From: Eledone cirrhosa
Taxonomy: Eukaryota
Direction: 5' to 3'
NCBI GenBank assembly: GCA_964016885.1
Contig: OZ024743.1
Coordinates: 37,448,001-37,512,000, forward strand
Length of the DNA: 64,000 nt
A program made the translations under genes and the position numbers. Below the pieces are notes generated by a model that saw only the letters and a list, made by a program, of their open reading frames with translations, made no database searches and was not told the DNA's origin. Positions 28,931 through 42,898 of this stretch are shown piece by piece. Every line of letters starts with the position of its first letter. Positions within the stretch are counted from its first letter, which is position 1.

Positions 28931-29216
28931 GTTAGTATTGCTAATTATATGCTGGTTCAAATTAAGAATTTTGCTATTAATATTTGCAATATTTTAAGCA
29001 ATATTCATAGTTGTTGATTAAGAAAGTTTAACTGTGTGTCTATTGAAGATAGAGTAATATTTATGTGATCTAGGGAAACATTTATCCAAGGCTTTAACAA
29101 ATAAATGTGCTAAAGGTGTTTTAATAGCAAAAGATGCTGGTGGGCCATACCAAATTATAGATCTAGTCATAATTTTTTCCAAGATTTATTCTCCAAGTTG
29201 TTACTTTTACAGACAG

Positions 29217-29252
<36 letters not shown>

Positions 29253-29617
29253 GAATATTGTGTTTATAATTAATATTGTTATTTTTTTTTCTACATATTC
29301 AATATTATTTTTATATCTTGCTTTATGTAACCCTTCATTATAATATCCAGCTTTATTATTAAAAATGGATCTGTTAGCAGATAGTCTGGATATTCGTTGT
29401 TGGACACTATTTGAACACTTTTAGGATGATTAGTGTAAAAGCTAACATAATTTAGGTTTTCATTGAGTTTATGGAAGGGGTAATAAAGGCCTGAGTTTAA
29501 ATTAAGGGTTACGTCTAAAAAGTTAACTATTTTATTGTTCTTTTCTACTTCTAATTTCAGGTCGTCATTTTTAAAGAATTTTATAATTACTTTCTTTACT
29601 CTATTTAATTCGCTATC

Positions 29618-29797
29618 GGCAGTATCGGTAGAGAGTCGGACGCCATGCTTTCCAGCATAGTTACGTCCCTTTACGGTCTGAGTTCAAATCCCGCCGAGTT
29701 TTACTTTGCCTTTCATCCTTACGGGGTCGATAAAATAAAGTACCAGTAATGCACTGGGTAATTTGCTGGCCTTGTGCCAAAAGTAGAAACAATTATG
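29618..29797 (+). mobile_element. tRNA-derived SINE inserted in the PLE RT
   Basis: Same family as 28726-28930. Confidence 0.9.
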
Positions 29798-31141
29798 TCT
29801 AACTACAGTGAATAATATGTCATATCTATATAAACCACCGGTAATCTCCGGCAGTTTTCTATTTATCATATTAAGGATGAAAATTCCCACATGATCGGTA
29901 ACTTGTGCAGAATCGGACGAGCCCATAGTAATGTCGAAATTTTTCTGCCTATCCGAACGAGTCCAGAAATAATTATTAAAGTCAATCAAGGTTCGCCTTG
30001 CCGTTAAAATAATATTAATTTCCTTACTAGATAGATCCGTGTGTTTATATGCATATGAAAGTGCCTTATTCAAAAGGCTATGAGTTTTTGAGGATAATAA
30101 CTAGCTATGTCCATTTGAATGAATTTATGATTTTTCTTATTTTCGATATTATTGAATCAATCTAAGACTTCACTAGTGCGCTTCCATAAGTTAAGCCTTG
30201 ACCTCAATTTTAACGTTGGCAGAACCCTATCTATTATGTTTTTACTAATTATTCCAAGGTCTGACTTCGAAGGTATGTTAAGTCTAACAGGTAAGTCGTT
30301 TTCGAAATTTCCTTTATGGTCTTTAAAATCATACAAATTTAGAAAAAAATACTAAGAGGAAGAAAATATTGACTATTATTATTAATAATTATTGAATTAT
30401 TATTATATATATATATAATGTTTTGCCTTACCTTAAAAATTGTATATCGTTTTATTTTATATAGTAAATTAATCTCATGATGTTACTCACTATCCTAAGT
30501 TCGGTTTTTAGGAAGGTCATTGTATAAATAGAATTTTCTGAATTTGCTGTTTGAAATATCTTCTGGCAATCTTTGTTCACATTCTTCGTATATACTTTTC
30601 TCTCTATCCAAATGAATTAATAATGTATATTTAATATGATATTAATCCTTAAAGTAACTACATATATCATGATATTATGATATAGTTACGGAAGTAAAAT
30701 TGAAATGATAATACTTTCAAGAGTAAATATAACTACTTATTAATCCTATAAGTAAATGACAACTGTTTATAACGTAAAAAGAATAATTCAGATAATAATT
30801 CTAAACATTATATAAAATGCATATACTGATATGCATTTGCGAATATGTTGTGATAATTATCCTTATACGTATTTACTATGTTTGTAAACTTGCTTGATAG
30901 GTAAAAATGTTTTTGATTTTTGAATTTTGTAACAAAATATTCAATATATTTATTAATTGAACTATGCTTCTGATTATTATAGAAAATATTTTTATATTGT
31001 TTAATTTCGATATAATATATTAGTATAATTAACTCAAACATAACCAAATACAAAAGATATTAAACATTTCACGGAATTTAATTAGTCACTTCTATTTCCC
31101 TTACTATTTGAAAACAACGGTCACGCATCATGTCCCTTTCT

Positions 31142-31193
<52 letters not shown>

Positions 31194-31573
31194 TCCTTTT
31201 TGCAGTTACGTCGTCGCTCTTCTCTCTTCTTTTTTCTCTCTCTCCTCCTAACTTTTCTTATTTTTTCTCTCTTCTTCTTTCTTCTCTTCTACATATCTCA
31301 CTCTCTTCCTTTTCTTCCATGACACAGATATTTACGCATTTAAATATTTAAATAGTTATCTACGTATGTGGTTATGTAAATATCCTTACATTTTCTCATA
31401 CTCACCCCCTCATTATACTTATATCTCGCTCCACATCCTCTTCTTCATCATATTTAAGTATATCATGTTATTATTTGTGTATATAAATATTGAGATTTGT
31501 TGTAATAAATCACTTCCAATACTGGAATTGAACCATCAAGAGAGTTGAGGTATGTCATACATCAATTCATATA

Positions 31574-31635
31574 TTTTATCTGATGAGGACGTACTGAAGA
31601 AACAGCACAGTACCTCCGAAATATATATAATAAAA
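31574..31635 (+). ncRNA. Hammerhead ribozyme motif
   Basis: ttttat CTGATGA ggacgtact...agtacctcc GAAA tatata TA ataaaa. Damaged mirror copy near 25125-25165. Confidence 0.7.
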
Positions 31636-31821
31636 CATATATTTATTGAGTAATCAATGAACCATATTAATCTTTGGCTATATATATATATATATATATT
31701 TATTAAAATAACAGATTTAAATATTTGCTCTACGGTTCTTATATATTTGATATATATTTATCCTTATCGAGCCCTCTTTGGATTTTAGTCTTCAAATTAT
31801 TATTATTACTATATATATATA

Positions 31822-31884
<63 letters not shown>

Positions 31885-32227
31885 CACACATATATATATA
31901 TATTTACATGTGTATATACATATATATACTAGCATACATTCATATGTGTGTGTGTTTGTTATTTCGTGTTTCTGTAATCATAATAAAATATTTCAGAAAA
32001 CGAAAATAAAATATCAAATGATATTTCACCTTAAATCAAGATGCGAATATCTAATATATACGTTTTAAAGACAGTGAAGAAAACAGCTCTACGTACACTT
32101 TTCAGTACACCGAAACTCACTGTCTCAAACGTGACCGTATACGTACATATAAACAGACTCATTCGCGAACAAATATCTCTCTCAAATATATACTCACTGA
32201 GAGAAACATACAAATACCATATGCACG

Positions 32228-32261
<34 letters not shown>

Positions 32262-32384
32262 TATTAGGGTAAACATTGATGCAATTCAATTCAAGCACTC
32301 AACGTACTTTTTCCACATAGGAGTGACGGAGTAAATATCGAATAAGGAAAAGCGAAGTAGTTTCAGATGTTCAAGTCCTTTAAT

Positions 32385-32576
32385 AATAATTGTTTCTACT
32401 TTAAGCACAAGGCCAGCAATTACCCAGTCCATTACTGGTACTTTATTTTGTCGACCCCGTAAGGATGAAAGGCAAAGTCAACCTCGGCGGGATTTGAACT
32501 CTTATCGTAAAGGGACGTAACTATGCTGGAAAGCATGGCGTCCGACCCTCTACCGATACTGCCAATCCAGCGCCGT
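32385..32576 (-). mobile_element. tRNA-derived SINE with TSD
   Basis: Flanked by duplicated agtcctttaataataat and absent from the second tandem unit. Confidence 0.92.
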
Positions 32577-34898
32577 TTAATAATAGTCCTTTAATAATAA
32601 TGCTGTGATATATATTTCAATGACGACACTGGCCACACTGTTCTGTGTGCGAGTGTCGTGTCATCATCAGACAGCTTGTTACATAATAAGGTTGTTTCCG
32701 AGGCAATTCAAATTGAATCGACATGGGAACGGATGAAGTTCGTGCTTTTGGGTTTTTCAACCGTTCCCTTGTGGGTACCAATTCACCCCCACCGGTCTGC
32801 GCAAGCGCATGTCCGAAGGAAGTTGACCATTAGCACCGCAGATTTCAACGAAATTCGCTGTCAGTGGCCCACCTATGCCCTGCCAAAGTTTACTGCTACC
32901 CAACACTACTGTGGCAGTCAGCCGAAAGCCAGAGGGGATGGGAAGGTGTTAGTTTTTATAGGTCATAATACTACCTTTCACTAAGCGTTGACAGTAAGAC
33001 TGACCATCAACTCATAAGGGAAAATAAACTTAATTCTAGGTACTAAGGTTTTACATTGTAAATTAAGAGTGAGAGTTGAAAATAAAAATAAAAATTAAAA
33101 GTTAAAATCCTAAATCAAATATCAGAGATTATAAATTAAACAATAAAAAATTAAAAAATTCTAAATTCTTTTCAAGTGATAATTCGGATTGAGTAAAAAT
33201 ATAGATTGAAGTGAGTAAATAATATGGAGAGAGATGTTTAAGTAATAAGTTCTGGGAGTGATTCTAGTGTTACAGTTACTCTATCCAGATATTGAACGAC
33301 AGTGCCGTACATTATAACGGAGGGCAAACCACATGGTTCAAGGCATTAGTCAATCTGTTACACGGTCATAATTTCCATCATAGGGAACATAATCAAAGAA
33401 AAACAGACATAAAGTACACAAAAGAAAAGAAAAGAACAGAAACAATAGTGAATAAATGCAAAAACACAGAGTACATATATGTAAAATGATCCATATGATT
33501 GTCCATCTGTCCATGTATAGATTGAATTGAGGGGGCCTCTGTTCAAATGCGATTTGGTGCAGGAAAATAGGGGTTTATCTTATTTTTTGTTTCCGCGTAT
33601 TTATCCTGCCGAAAGTTACTATTACGCCCGTCCAGTGTCAGGGGTTTTCATCCCCATGGTAGAGGGAATTTCTGGGGTAGCTCTTGGTTGGTTCCTCTCT
33701 TCTCCACCATATCGGTTACATCATAGAGCGCTCAACTAATCGGAGCTAAATTATTATGGTAAATATTGATGCAATTCAATTCAAGCACTCAACGTACTTT
33801 TCCACATAGGAGTGACGGAGTAAATATCGAATAAGGAAAAGCGAAGTAGTTTCAGATGTTCAAGTCCTTTAATAATAATGCTGTGATATATATTTCAATG
33901 ACGACACTGGCCACACTGTTCTGTGTGCGAATGTCGTGTCATCATCAGACAGCTTGTTACATAATAAGGTTGTTTCCGAGGCAATCCAAATTGAATCGAC
34001 ATGGAAACGGATGAAGTTCGTGCTTTTGGGTTTTTCAACCGTTCCCTTGTGAGTACTAATTCACCCCCACCGGTCTGCGCAAGCGCATGTCCGAAGGAAG
34101 TTGACCATTAGCACCGCAGATTTCAACGAAATTCGCTGTCAGTGGCCCACCTATGCCCTGCCAAAGTTTACTGCTACACAACACTACTGTGGCAGTCAGC
34201 CGAAAGCCAGAGGGGATGGGAAGGTGTTAGTTTTTATAGGTCATAATACCACCTTTCACTAAGCGTTGACAGTAAGACTGACCATCAACTCATAAGGGAA
34301 AATAAACTTAATTCTAGGTACTAAGGTTTTACATTGTAAGTTAAGAGTGAGAGTTGGAAATAAAATTAAAAATTAAAAGTTAAAATCCTAAATCAAATAT
34401 CAGAGATTATAAATTAAACAATAAAAAATTAAAAAATACTAAATTCTTTTCAAGTGATAATTCGGATTGAGTAAAAATATAGATTGAAGTGAGTAAATAA
34501 TATGGAGAGAGATGTTTAAGTAATAAGTTTTGGGAGTGATTCTAGTGTTACAGTTACTCTATCCAGATATTGAACGACAGTGCCGTACATTATAACGGAG
34601 GGCAAACCACATGGTTCAAGGCATTAGTCAATCAGTTACACGGTCATAATTTCCATCACATGGAACAGAATCAAAGAAAAACAGACATAAAGTACACAAA
34701 AGAAAAGAAAAGAAAAGAACAGAAACAATAGTGAATAAATGCAATGGTCAACTTCCTTCGGACATGCGCTCGCGCAGACCGGTGGGGGTGAATTGGTACT
34801 CACAAGGGAACGGATGAAAAACCCCAAAGCACGAACTTCATCCGTTCCCATGTCGATTCAATTTGGATTGCCTCGGAAACAACCTTATTATGTAACAA

Positions 34899-34972
34899 GC
34901 TGTCTGATGATGACACGACACTCGCACACAGAACAGTGTGGCCAGTGTCGTTATTGAAATATATATCACAGC
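34899..34972 (+). ncRNA. Hammerhead ribozyme, type I, extended stem II
   Basis: gctgt CTGATGA tgacacgacact cg cacac agaaca gtgtg gcc agtgtcgtta tt GAAA tatata TC acagc. Minus-strand copies at 32602-32675 and 33880-33953. Confidence 0.8.
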
Positions 34973-35018
34973 ATTATTATTAAAGGACTTGAACATCTGA
35001 AACTACTTCGCTTTTCCT

Positions 35019-35161
<143 letters not shown>

Positions 35162-35198
35162 ATATAAGATCAAAAGATGGTTTAAAGAGTTCCAAGTA

Positions 35199-35265
35199 TT
35201 TTATTATGCTCATTTCAAAAACAAATATCATCATGGGATGATATCTGCGTTCTCATCAGATAAAA
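35199..35265 (-). ncRNA. Hammerhead ribozyme motif
   Basis: Minus strand: ttttat CTGATGA gaac gcagatatcatc ccat gatgatatttgt tttt GAAA tgagca TA ataaaa. Confidence 0.72.
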
Positions 35266-35469
35266 TAGGGAGACATGATATGAAGCTTAAAAAACACTTG
35301 TGAATAGTGAAGTTTAAAATCAACATATGATAAATAAATTAAGATTGATCTATGAGATTGGGAAAAAGTGAGGGGGGTGGGGGGGGGGTGGAAAAGGTAA
35401 GGAAGAGGAATAAATAAGAGTAAAGGATGGTGGGGGGAGTATAAGAAGGAAGGATGAGAGATGAGAGAG

Positions 35470-35513
<44 letters not shown>

Positions 35514-35789
35514 TTTACAACTGAGAAAAATATTCTCTCACAGAGAGAAATTAAAAAGCTGTTGCAAGATAATAGATAATTTAAAAGATTTTGAAATTAA
35601 AAGTTAATGAGGTTTATGCATGAAGAAAAAGGAATTAAGTGTAGTATTAAATTAAGGTTTGTATATTGAAGGGTTTAATAATATGTGCGAAGAAAATAAT
35701 TTATTAATATGTATTATTAAAATAAAAATATTAATGATATTAAGGATATAATGTGAAAAAAAGGAGAAGAATGAATGAGTTATGAATTT

Positions 35790-36160
35790 AGAGGAATTAG
35801 TTAGGGTTTAAGTTTGTTTTTATGTAATGTAATATGTGTACGTAAATAGTTTGTTTAAAATGAGCGAGGAAGGAAGGAAGAAAAAAGTATGTTTAAGGAA
35901 GAAAATATCTAACATCAAAAAGTATATATGTTTACGAAATATTTTCTAATGGTAATAATATAATATATTAAAAGAAATTAGTTAGGGTTTAAGTTTGTTT
36001 TTATGTATTGTAATATGTAAAAGTCAAATTAAGTAGTAGGTTTAAAACAAGCATGAAAGGATGGAAGAGATATGACAAATTTAAGGAAGAAAAACATCTA
36101 ACGTCAAAAGTTTATATGTTTACGAAGGACTTCTAATGGTAATATTATAATCTATTAAAC
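35790..36160. repeat. Diverged ~180-bp tandem duplication in a PLE UTR
   Basis: aattagttagggtttaagtttgtttttatgta occurs at ~35795 and ~35975. Confidence 0.7.
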
Positions 36161-36428
36161 AAATAATTTTTATGGTCAATGATATGAGGAAAGATGGAAG
36201 AATGGATAATGTTGTGGTGAGTAATAATATGAATTGAGAAGTAATTGGGAAGAAAAAGTACAGATTAGATGTTAGAAATTAAAAAGAAAAAAGGAAGAAA
36301 GGAAAATGATAAAAAGGAATGATATAGAATGAGTAAATTGTATTATATAATATATAATACTGAAATAAGGTAGAAAGATGGGTATATTTGTAAAAGATAT
36401 ATAAGCCTTTGAGAAAAAGGATTTTAAA

Positions 36429-36983
36429 CTAGTAAGGTATTGAGATATTGGCTGTATACTTTATGGAAAATAAATCTGTGCGTCTATTTATTATAGAATT
36501 GAAATTAGATATAATGGTAAATTTCTCGGCTCGGCAGTGATTACATGTTCTGGATAGGGAAGAATTCAGGTAAGGAAAGGCGGAATAAACCTTCCTCCAA
36601 GAGATGTTATAGTTAATATTTTTGTCTTTCAAGGACCATATGACTTCCGAGAATGCCGTGTTAGTTCTTTTAAGTTGGTATTTAAAAGTTGGTATCGAAT
36701 TGTGATTATAAAATCTAGCTTTGAAGGAAGTGGAAGTGGAACCGAAATAGGTAAAAGAATTGGTATTAGTTATAACCTTACGTTCATAGACTAAGTTTTT
36801 ATCAAGACAATGGTTATTAAGAGGACATTTAGTTGTAATAGGGCAATTACAATTACGATTAGAGAAATTAACAAAGTTATTAAGAAGTGACCTAGTGTTA
36901 TTTATAAAAGGAATTGCATTGGAGAGGATATTTACGATAGGAACAATAGTTTTCTGATTTAGATTGGTATTATGAACATTCAA
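36429..36983 (-). pseudogene. PLE GIY-YIG remnant (Hydra-clade-like)
   Basis: CNCPITTKCPLNNHC...LVY...YFGSTSTSFKARFYNH...CNHC...IINRRTDLF. Downstream UTR runs to the HHR at 35199. Confidence 0.85.
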
Positions 36984-37616
36984 AGAAGTTACGTTTGACG
37001 TCGTATTTAAATTTACATAATTTAGCCTAGAGTTAACAATGACGTCGGGTGTACTACTGCTATTATTATGACGCTCAGTGTTGGAAGGATGTGAGGTTCA
37101 GAAAGGGAGCCTCACCCCAGAAAGAATCTCTATAGACTTTGGACTGAGGAATGCTCTCAAAACTGACCAATGGGAAGTTTGACATTACAAATCTTTATAA
37201 CATTGAGATGGGTATAACACACACACACATTTTATTCGATTATTGTATTTTATTTTGTTCCATTACCATCTTATTCCTTCTACCACTTTATCACATTTTT
37301 TTTGAGCTGACTCCAACAATAACACCACTATCAACACAATAATAGAGGTCAGATGTACCAAACAATAACAAGAACAACAACTACAGATTGACTTGCCTCA
37401 GAACGAATTTCTATAGACTTTTGACTGAGGAATGTTCTAACAACTGACCAATGAGAGGAGAAGAAGCCCTTTGACGCTGAAATTCGTTTGTATCAATTCA
37501 TATGATTCCAGTTCCTCAGTGAAATAACAACCCAACCAGGAACTGGGCATATCAGAGTATTGACAAAGTTATACACCTCACAAACATGTGTACTCGTCTC
37601 TACCACACTAATTCGG

Positions 37617-37671
37617 ACTGCCTGAAGAGGTCACAGCCAAAGATGGCTGCCACCGAAATATATATAGCAGT
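37617..37671 (+). ncRNA. Hammerhead ribozyme motif within a non-coding repeat (~37090-37822)
   Basis: actgc CTGAAGA ggt cacagcca aaga tggctg cc acc GAAA tatata TA gcagt. Confidence 0.8.
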
Positions 37672-37818
37672 AATAAACGAAGCCAAATTTTAAACATTCG
37701 AATTATTTATTTTATTTTATTTTACATTACTCCGGAGTAACCAAACCAACCTGCGCACTTCGTCGAGTGCTCCAATCTGCATACTGAGGTGTTGGTATAC
37801 AACCAACATATACTCAAA

Positions 37819-37888
<70 letters not shown>

Positions 37889-38016
37889 TATATATATATA
37901 TATATTTATTAAAATAACAGATTAAAGTTTAAGCAAAGAATCGGTGCTTTCACCCTTAACGTGATCTTCTGAAATATATATATATGTGTGTGTGTGTGTG
38001 TGTTGGTGTGTATATG

Positions 38017-38047
<31 letters not shown>

Positions 38048-38223
38048 ATATATATATATATATATGTGTATGTGTGTGTGTATGTGTGTGTATGTGTGTG
38101 TATGTGTGTCTGTGTGTGTATGTGTGTGTATGTGTGTGTGTATCTATATTTATATATATATATGTATATGTATATGTATATATATATATGTATATATACA
38201 CATATGCATACATACATGTATAT

Positions 38224-39030
38224 AACAAACATCCCGTATTAAGCCGTAGTGTCTAGCAACCACCGTTGCTCGTTTGTTCAACACTGACAAAGGAACGCTG
38301 TACTAGTTTCAAGCTTGTTAGCTATCGTCAGCAACGTACACCTTCCTGCCAGATTGTTGAACGTATATACTTACCTTATGCATATTAACGGCTGAGTAGC
38401 CCAATTTGCATATCGAGTGGGTTAATCGGCCGGGTGCACCGAAAACGATAAACGGAAAAAATGAAACGATATTTCATTTCCCACTCTTAGTACGGCTGTT
38501 ACTTAAATATATATGTATACCGACGTACAGTAGTATGTACATATATATATACATACATGCACACATATATATATGCACGTATGGATTCACCGAATATTTA
38601 TTATAATGCTCGGTGTGTTTGTAAACAAACATCCCGTATTAAGCCGTAGTGTCTAGCAACCACCGTTGCTCGTTTGTTCAACACTGACAAAGGAACGCTG
38701 TACTAGTTTCAAGCTTGAATATGCAAATTGGGCTACTCAGCCGTTAATATGCATAAGGTAAGTATATACGTTCAACAATCTGGCAGGAAGGTATACGTTG
38801 CTGACGATAGCTAACAAGCTTGAAACTAGTACAGCGTTCCTTTGTCAGTGTTGAACAAACGAGCAACGGTGGTTGCTAGACACTACGGCTTAATACGGGA
38901 TGTTTGTTTACAAACACACCGAGCATTATAATAAATATTCGGTGAATCCATACGTGCATATATATATGTGTGCATGTATGTATATATATATGTACATACT
39001 ACTGTACGTCGGTATACATATATGTATGTA
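38224..39030. mobile_element. ORF-less tandem plus fold-back element, local family G (400-nt unit)
   Basis: aacaaacatcccgtattaagcc repeats at 38224 and 38624. 38718-39020 is inverted. Diverged copy at 49800-50103. Confidence 0.88.
38795..38837 (+). ncRNA. Minimal type I hammerhead ribozyme
   Basis: acgttg CTGACGA t agct aaca agct t GAAA ctag TA cagcgt. Mirror copy at ~38296-38337 (-). Confidence 0.85.
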
Positions 39031-39040
39031 CGTGTACATA

Positions 39041-39117
<77 letters not shown>

Positions 39118-39990
39118 TTATTTATACAAATTGATAGAAATGCAACCATAGAAAATTATTATCAAATAGATGAATAGGTACTTTAGTTTTAACATGCAAG
39201 AGGCATTACAACTTTGATTCGAGACACCGAAAAACAATTAGGCCGTATTAATCAATGTAAACAGTTTTACAACAGTTAAGGGAGATAAATCTAGATATAG
39301 GTTAGTCCTATTTTGAGCTCATCATCAAAGATTAGTTTTAAACGTACTTTCAGAACTAATGAGGAAAGTGTCTTCAAGTCAACTTATATTACACATTGTT
39401 TGGCATATATTATAAGGCAGGCGAGATACTATGACAAAAGGAATGTGCTATATTGAAAAATGTAGAGCATGCAACGAAAACGGTGGAGATTTGGAGGCCA
39501 GTATTTATGCGTCGTATGTTAACCAACAAAATAAAGAATTCTGTTGTGGAGATTGTTGTGGAGAATGGAGAATGGAGTCATCTAGCCTATGAATCTTTCT
39601 CAGGTGATGAACAATATACTTTCACCTCGCAACAATATTAAACAACAGATCTAGAGTGAAACTGCCGATCATTATCGATATGGAAACTGTGTATGTTGGA
39701 GCATATACTAAAAACGAGGGGTAGAATAAAAATACTAGGACCAGAGTATAGAGATCATATGGGATGTCCAGCATGTTTACCAGAAATCTAAAGAAATTTG
39801 AATATATATGGAGGATAGTTTACATATGCTCAGATATGAGCATGGTTCCATACCATGAAACAGAGCTGGCGTATGAAGAAAAAATATATTTACAGTTAAT
39901 AACATTTATCATATTTTAAATTTTAACAAAATGGTCGACCTTTATAGCTGCATTATAATACATATATTTATGTATATATATATAACATAA

Positions 39991-40185
39991 CGGCGGTGGA
40001 TTGGCAGTATCTGTAGAGGGCCAGACACCATACTCTGACGCATAGAGTTAGGGCCCTTGCCATTCTAAGTTCAAATCCCACCAAGGTGAACTTTGCCTTT
40101 CATTCTTACGGGGTCGATAAAATAAAGCACCAGTAATGCGCTGGGATATTTGCTGGCCTTGTGCCAAAAGTAGAAACAATTATAA
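39991..40185 (+). mobile_element. tRNA-derived SINE
   Basis: ggcggtggattggcagtat...gttcaaatccc...ggggtcgataaaataaag...gtagaaacaattat. Confidence 0.88.
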
Positions 40186-40584
40186 TACATATATTTAAAA
40201 GAGAACGAGAGCATCTGGGCATCGAGACCCTGGGCTGGAATCTATTTAGTTCACATGAAAATTCAGAACTTCTAGCAACAGGAGAAACACTTTTTCGGTG
40301 TAACATAACCATATTTTTGATATTATTGTAGGTGCATTAAAAGAACACCACAGGAATATAAAGCAAAACAAGGTCACGTTCTACATGAAGCTGTAATCAC
40401 TTAGTTCAGAGATAACTAACCTTCACCAGGAGAATTAAAAATAAAGGGTCATTTCAGCACCTTTTGTACCATGTGCATGACTGAAAGCTCTATCTATCTA
40501 TCTATCTATATGTATCCCTCGCTGTATATATATAATATACACAGATATATACATCCTTGAATATACATATACATACATACATAC

Positions 40585-40666
<82 letters not shown>

Positions 40667-41619
40667 TCTTCCTGGCTAGTCAAATATTATGTGCACATTG
40701 TTAGATATAATATTACTCAGGCGTGAATCCATTGAATAAGATGTGTTAATCTATGCTTTTACTATTTCAGTATATAAACATTTTTACTGCATTTGTATTG
40801 AGTACTCTATTTTTATTCATGTATATTTCTTTACAGCGTATATTTATATATAGCGAGTTACATGTTGCTGTATAAAACATTCTGAAACAGTACATACATT
40901 ATGTTTCTAAAAGAAATCCATTTTAGAAGTTGATGTTCAGCTAAAAGTGTTCATATATCGATTTTCCTTGACAGCAGTTACTGGCTGTTTACCCTATTCT
41001 GTATTCGCTATTTACAAATTCTCTGTGGCTCCTTCATGATAAATGTCGCTCGGTTCAAATTGATGGTGCTTAAATTGTCTTAGTCATTGATATAACAGGA
41101 GAGATTCCTCTTTCTCAAAATATTTCAATTATTTGACCTTCAATACCGCAACGGCTCTCAACTGTGTGAGCTAAGATCCGTACATGCACATATACACAAA
41201 CACACACACAGTGGCAGAGACGCACACGCACACACCTCCACAAACGCGTATATAATATGACGGGACAACCATTTGAATTTAGTCTCTAGTACTGCATTTG
41301 CTAGCTCAGTCATTTGACAAACCGATGTTAACTTTGCCTTTCATTCTTTCGAGGTCGATATATAAATTACCAGTACTGGGAGCAATACCATCTTCTCTTT
41401 CTCTTTGTCTCACTCTGCTTTTCTGGAAGAATTTGGTTCTGTTTACACCTGGAGAGGGAATGGCTCCGTTAGGTATTGATGCCGCGACGGCACCCCTACA
41501 ATTACACCAAGTGTTTAGAACCCCCCCATATATATATATAAAAGGTAAACAGAAATAACAACACAATCGGTACAGTATATGGAAGGAATATATTAGGTTA
41601 ACGCTTGAAATAGCAGGAA

Positions 41620-41662
41620 GAGGGTTTTAACGTTTCGGACGCTAGTCCTTCACCAGAAGAAA
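41620..41662 (-). ncRNA. Degenerate hammerhead-like motif
   Basis: Minus strand: CTGGTGA a ggac tagc gtcc GAAA cg TT. The core has an A6G change. Confidence 0.35.
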
Positions 41663-41739
41663 TCATGAAAAATAAGATAGATTGAAGGGACGGGTGGGTT
41701 GGAATTGGAAAAAATGTCTTTAGATAAAAATAACAGCTT

Positions 41740-41860
41740 GTTGTGGCTAAATGGCTAGAGAATTGGATTCGTAATCGTGAGGTTGGGAGTTCGATTCCTG
41801 GACCGGGTGATGCGTTATGCCCTTGAGCAAGACACTTTATTTCACGTCGCTGCAGTTGCG
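41740..41860 (+). mobile_element. Second tRNA-derived SINE family (CORE/V-like)
   Basis: tggctaaatggctag...gagttcgattcc...ccttgagcaagacacttta. Related minus-strand copy at ~51320-51530. Confidence 0.7.
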
Positions 41861-41945
41861 ACCGATAGATAGCATTAGCAATTGGAAAGACCAATGGAAA
41901 CAGTTTTTCCTCGGTCTATTTTGACGAAAGTCGATCGACTGACTG

Positions 41946-42898
<953 letters not shown>

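Larger units (their letters stand above)
28132..30327 (-). pseudogene. PLE RT + GIY-YIG (Hydra-clade-like), disrupted
   Basis: KDHKGNF...PVRLNIPSKSDLG, QMDIASYY, MGSSDSAQ, GLYRYD, VNFLDVTL, CNCRRKSECSLQNNC, YIGAT, CNLC. Contains stops, frameshifts and two SINE insertions. Confidence 0.88.
24982..31680. mobile_element. 6.7-kb older fold-back PLE with nested insertions
   Basis: 24982-25724 plus 27470-28163 are inverted at 30328-31680. A decayed RT/EN ORF lies between the arms. Confidence 0.85.
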
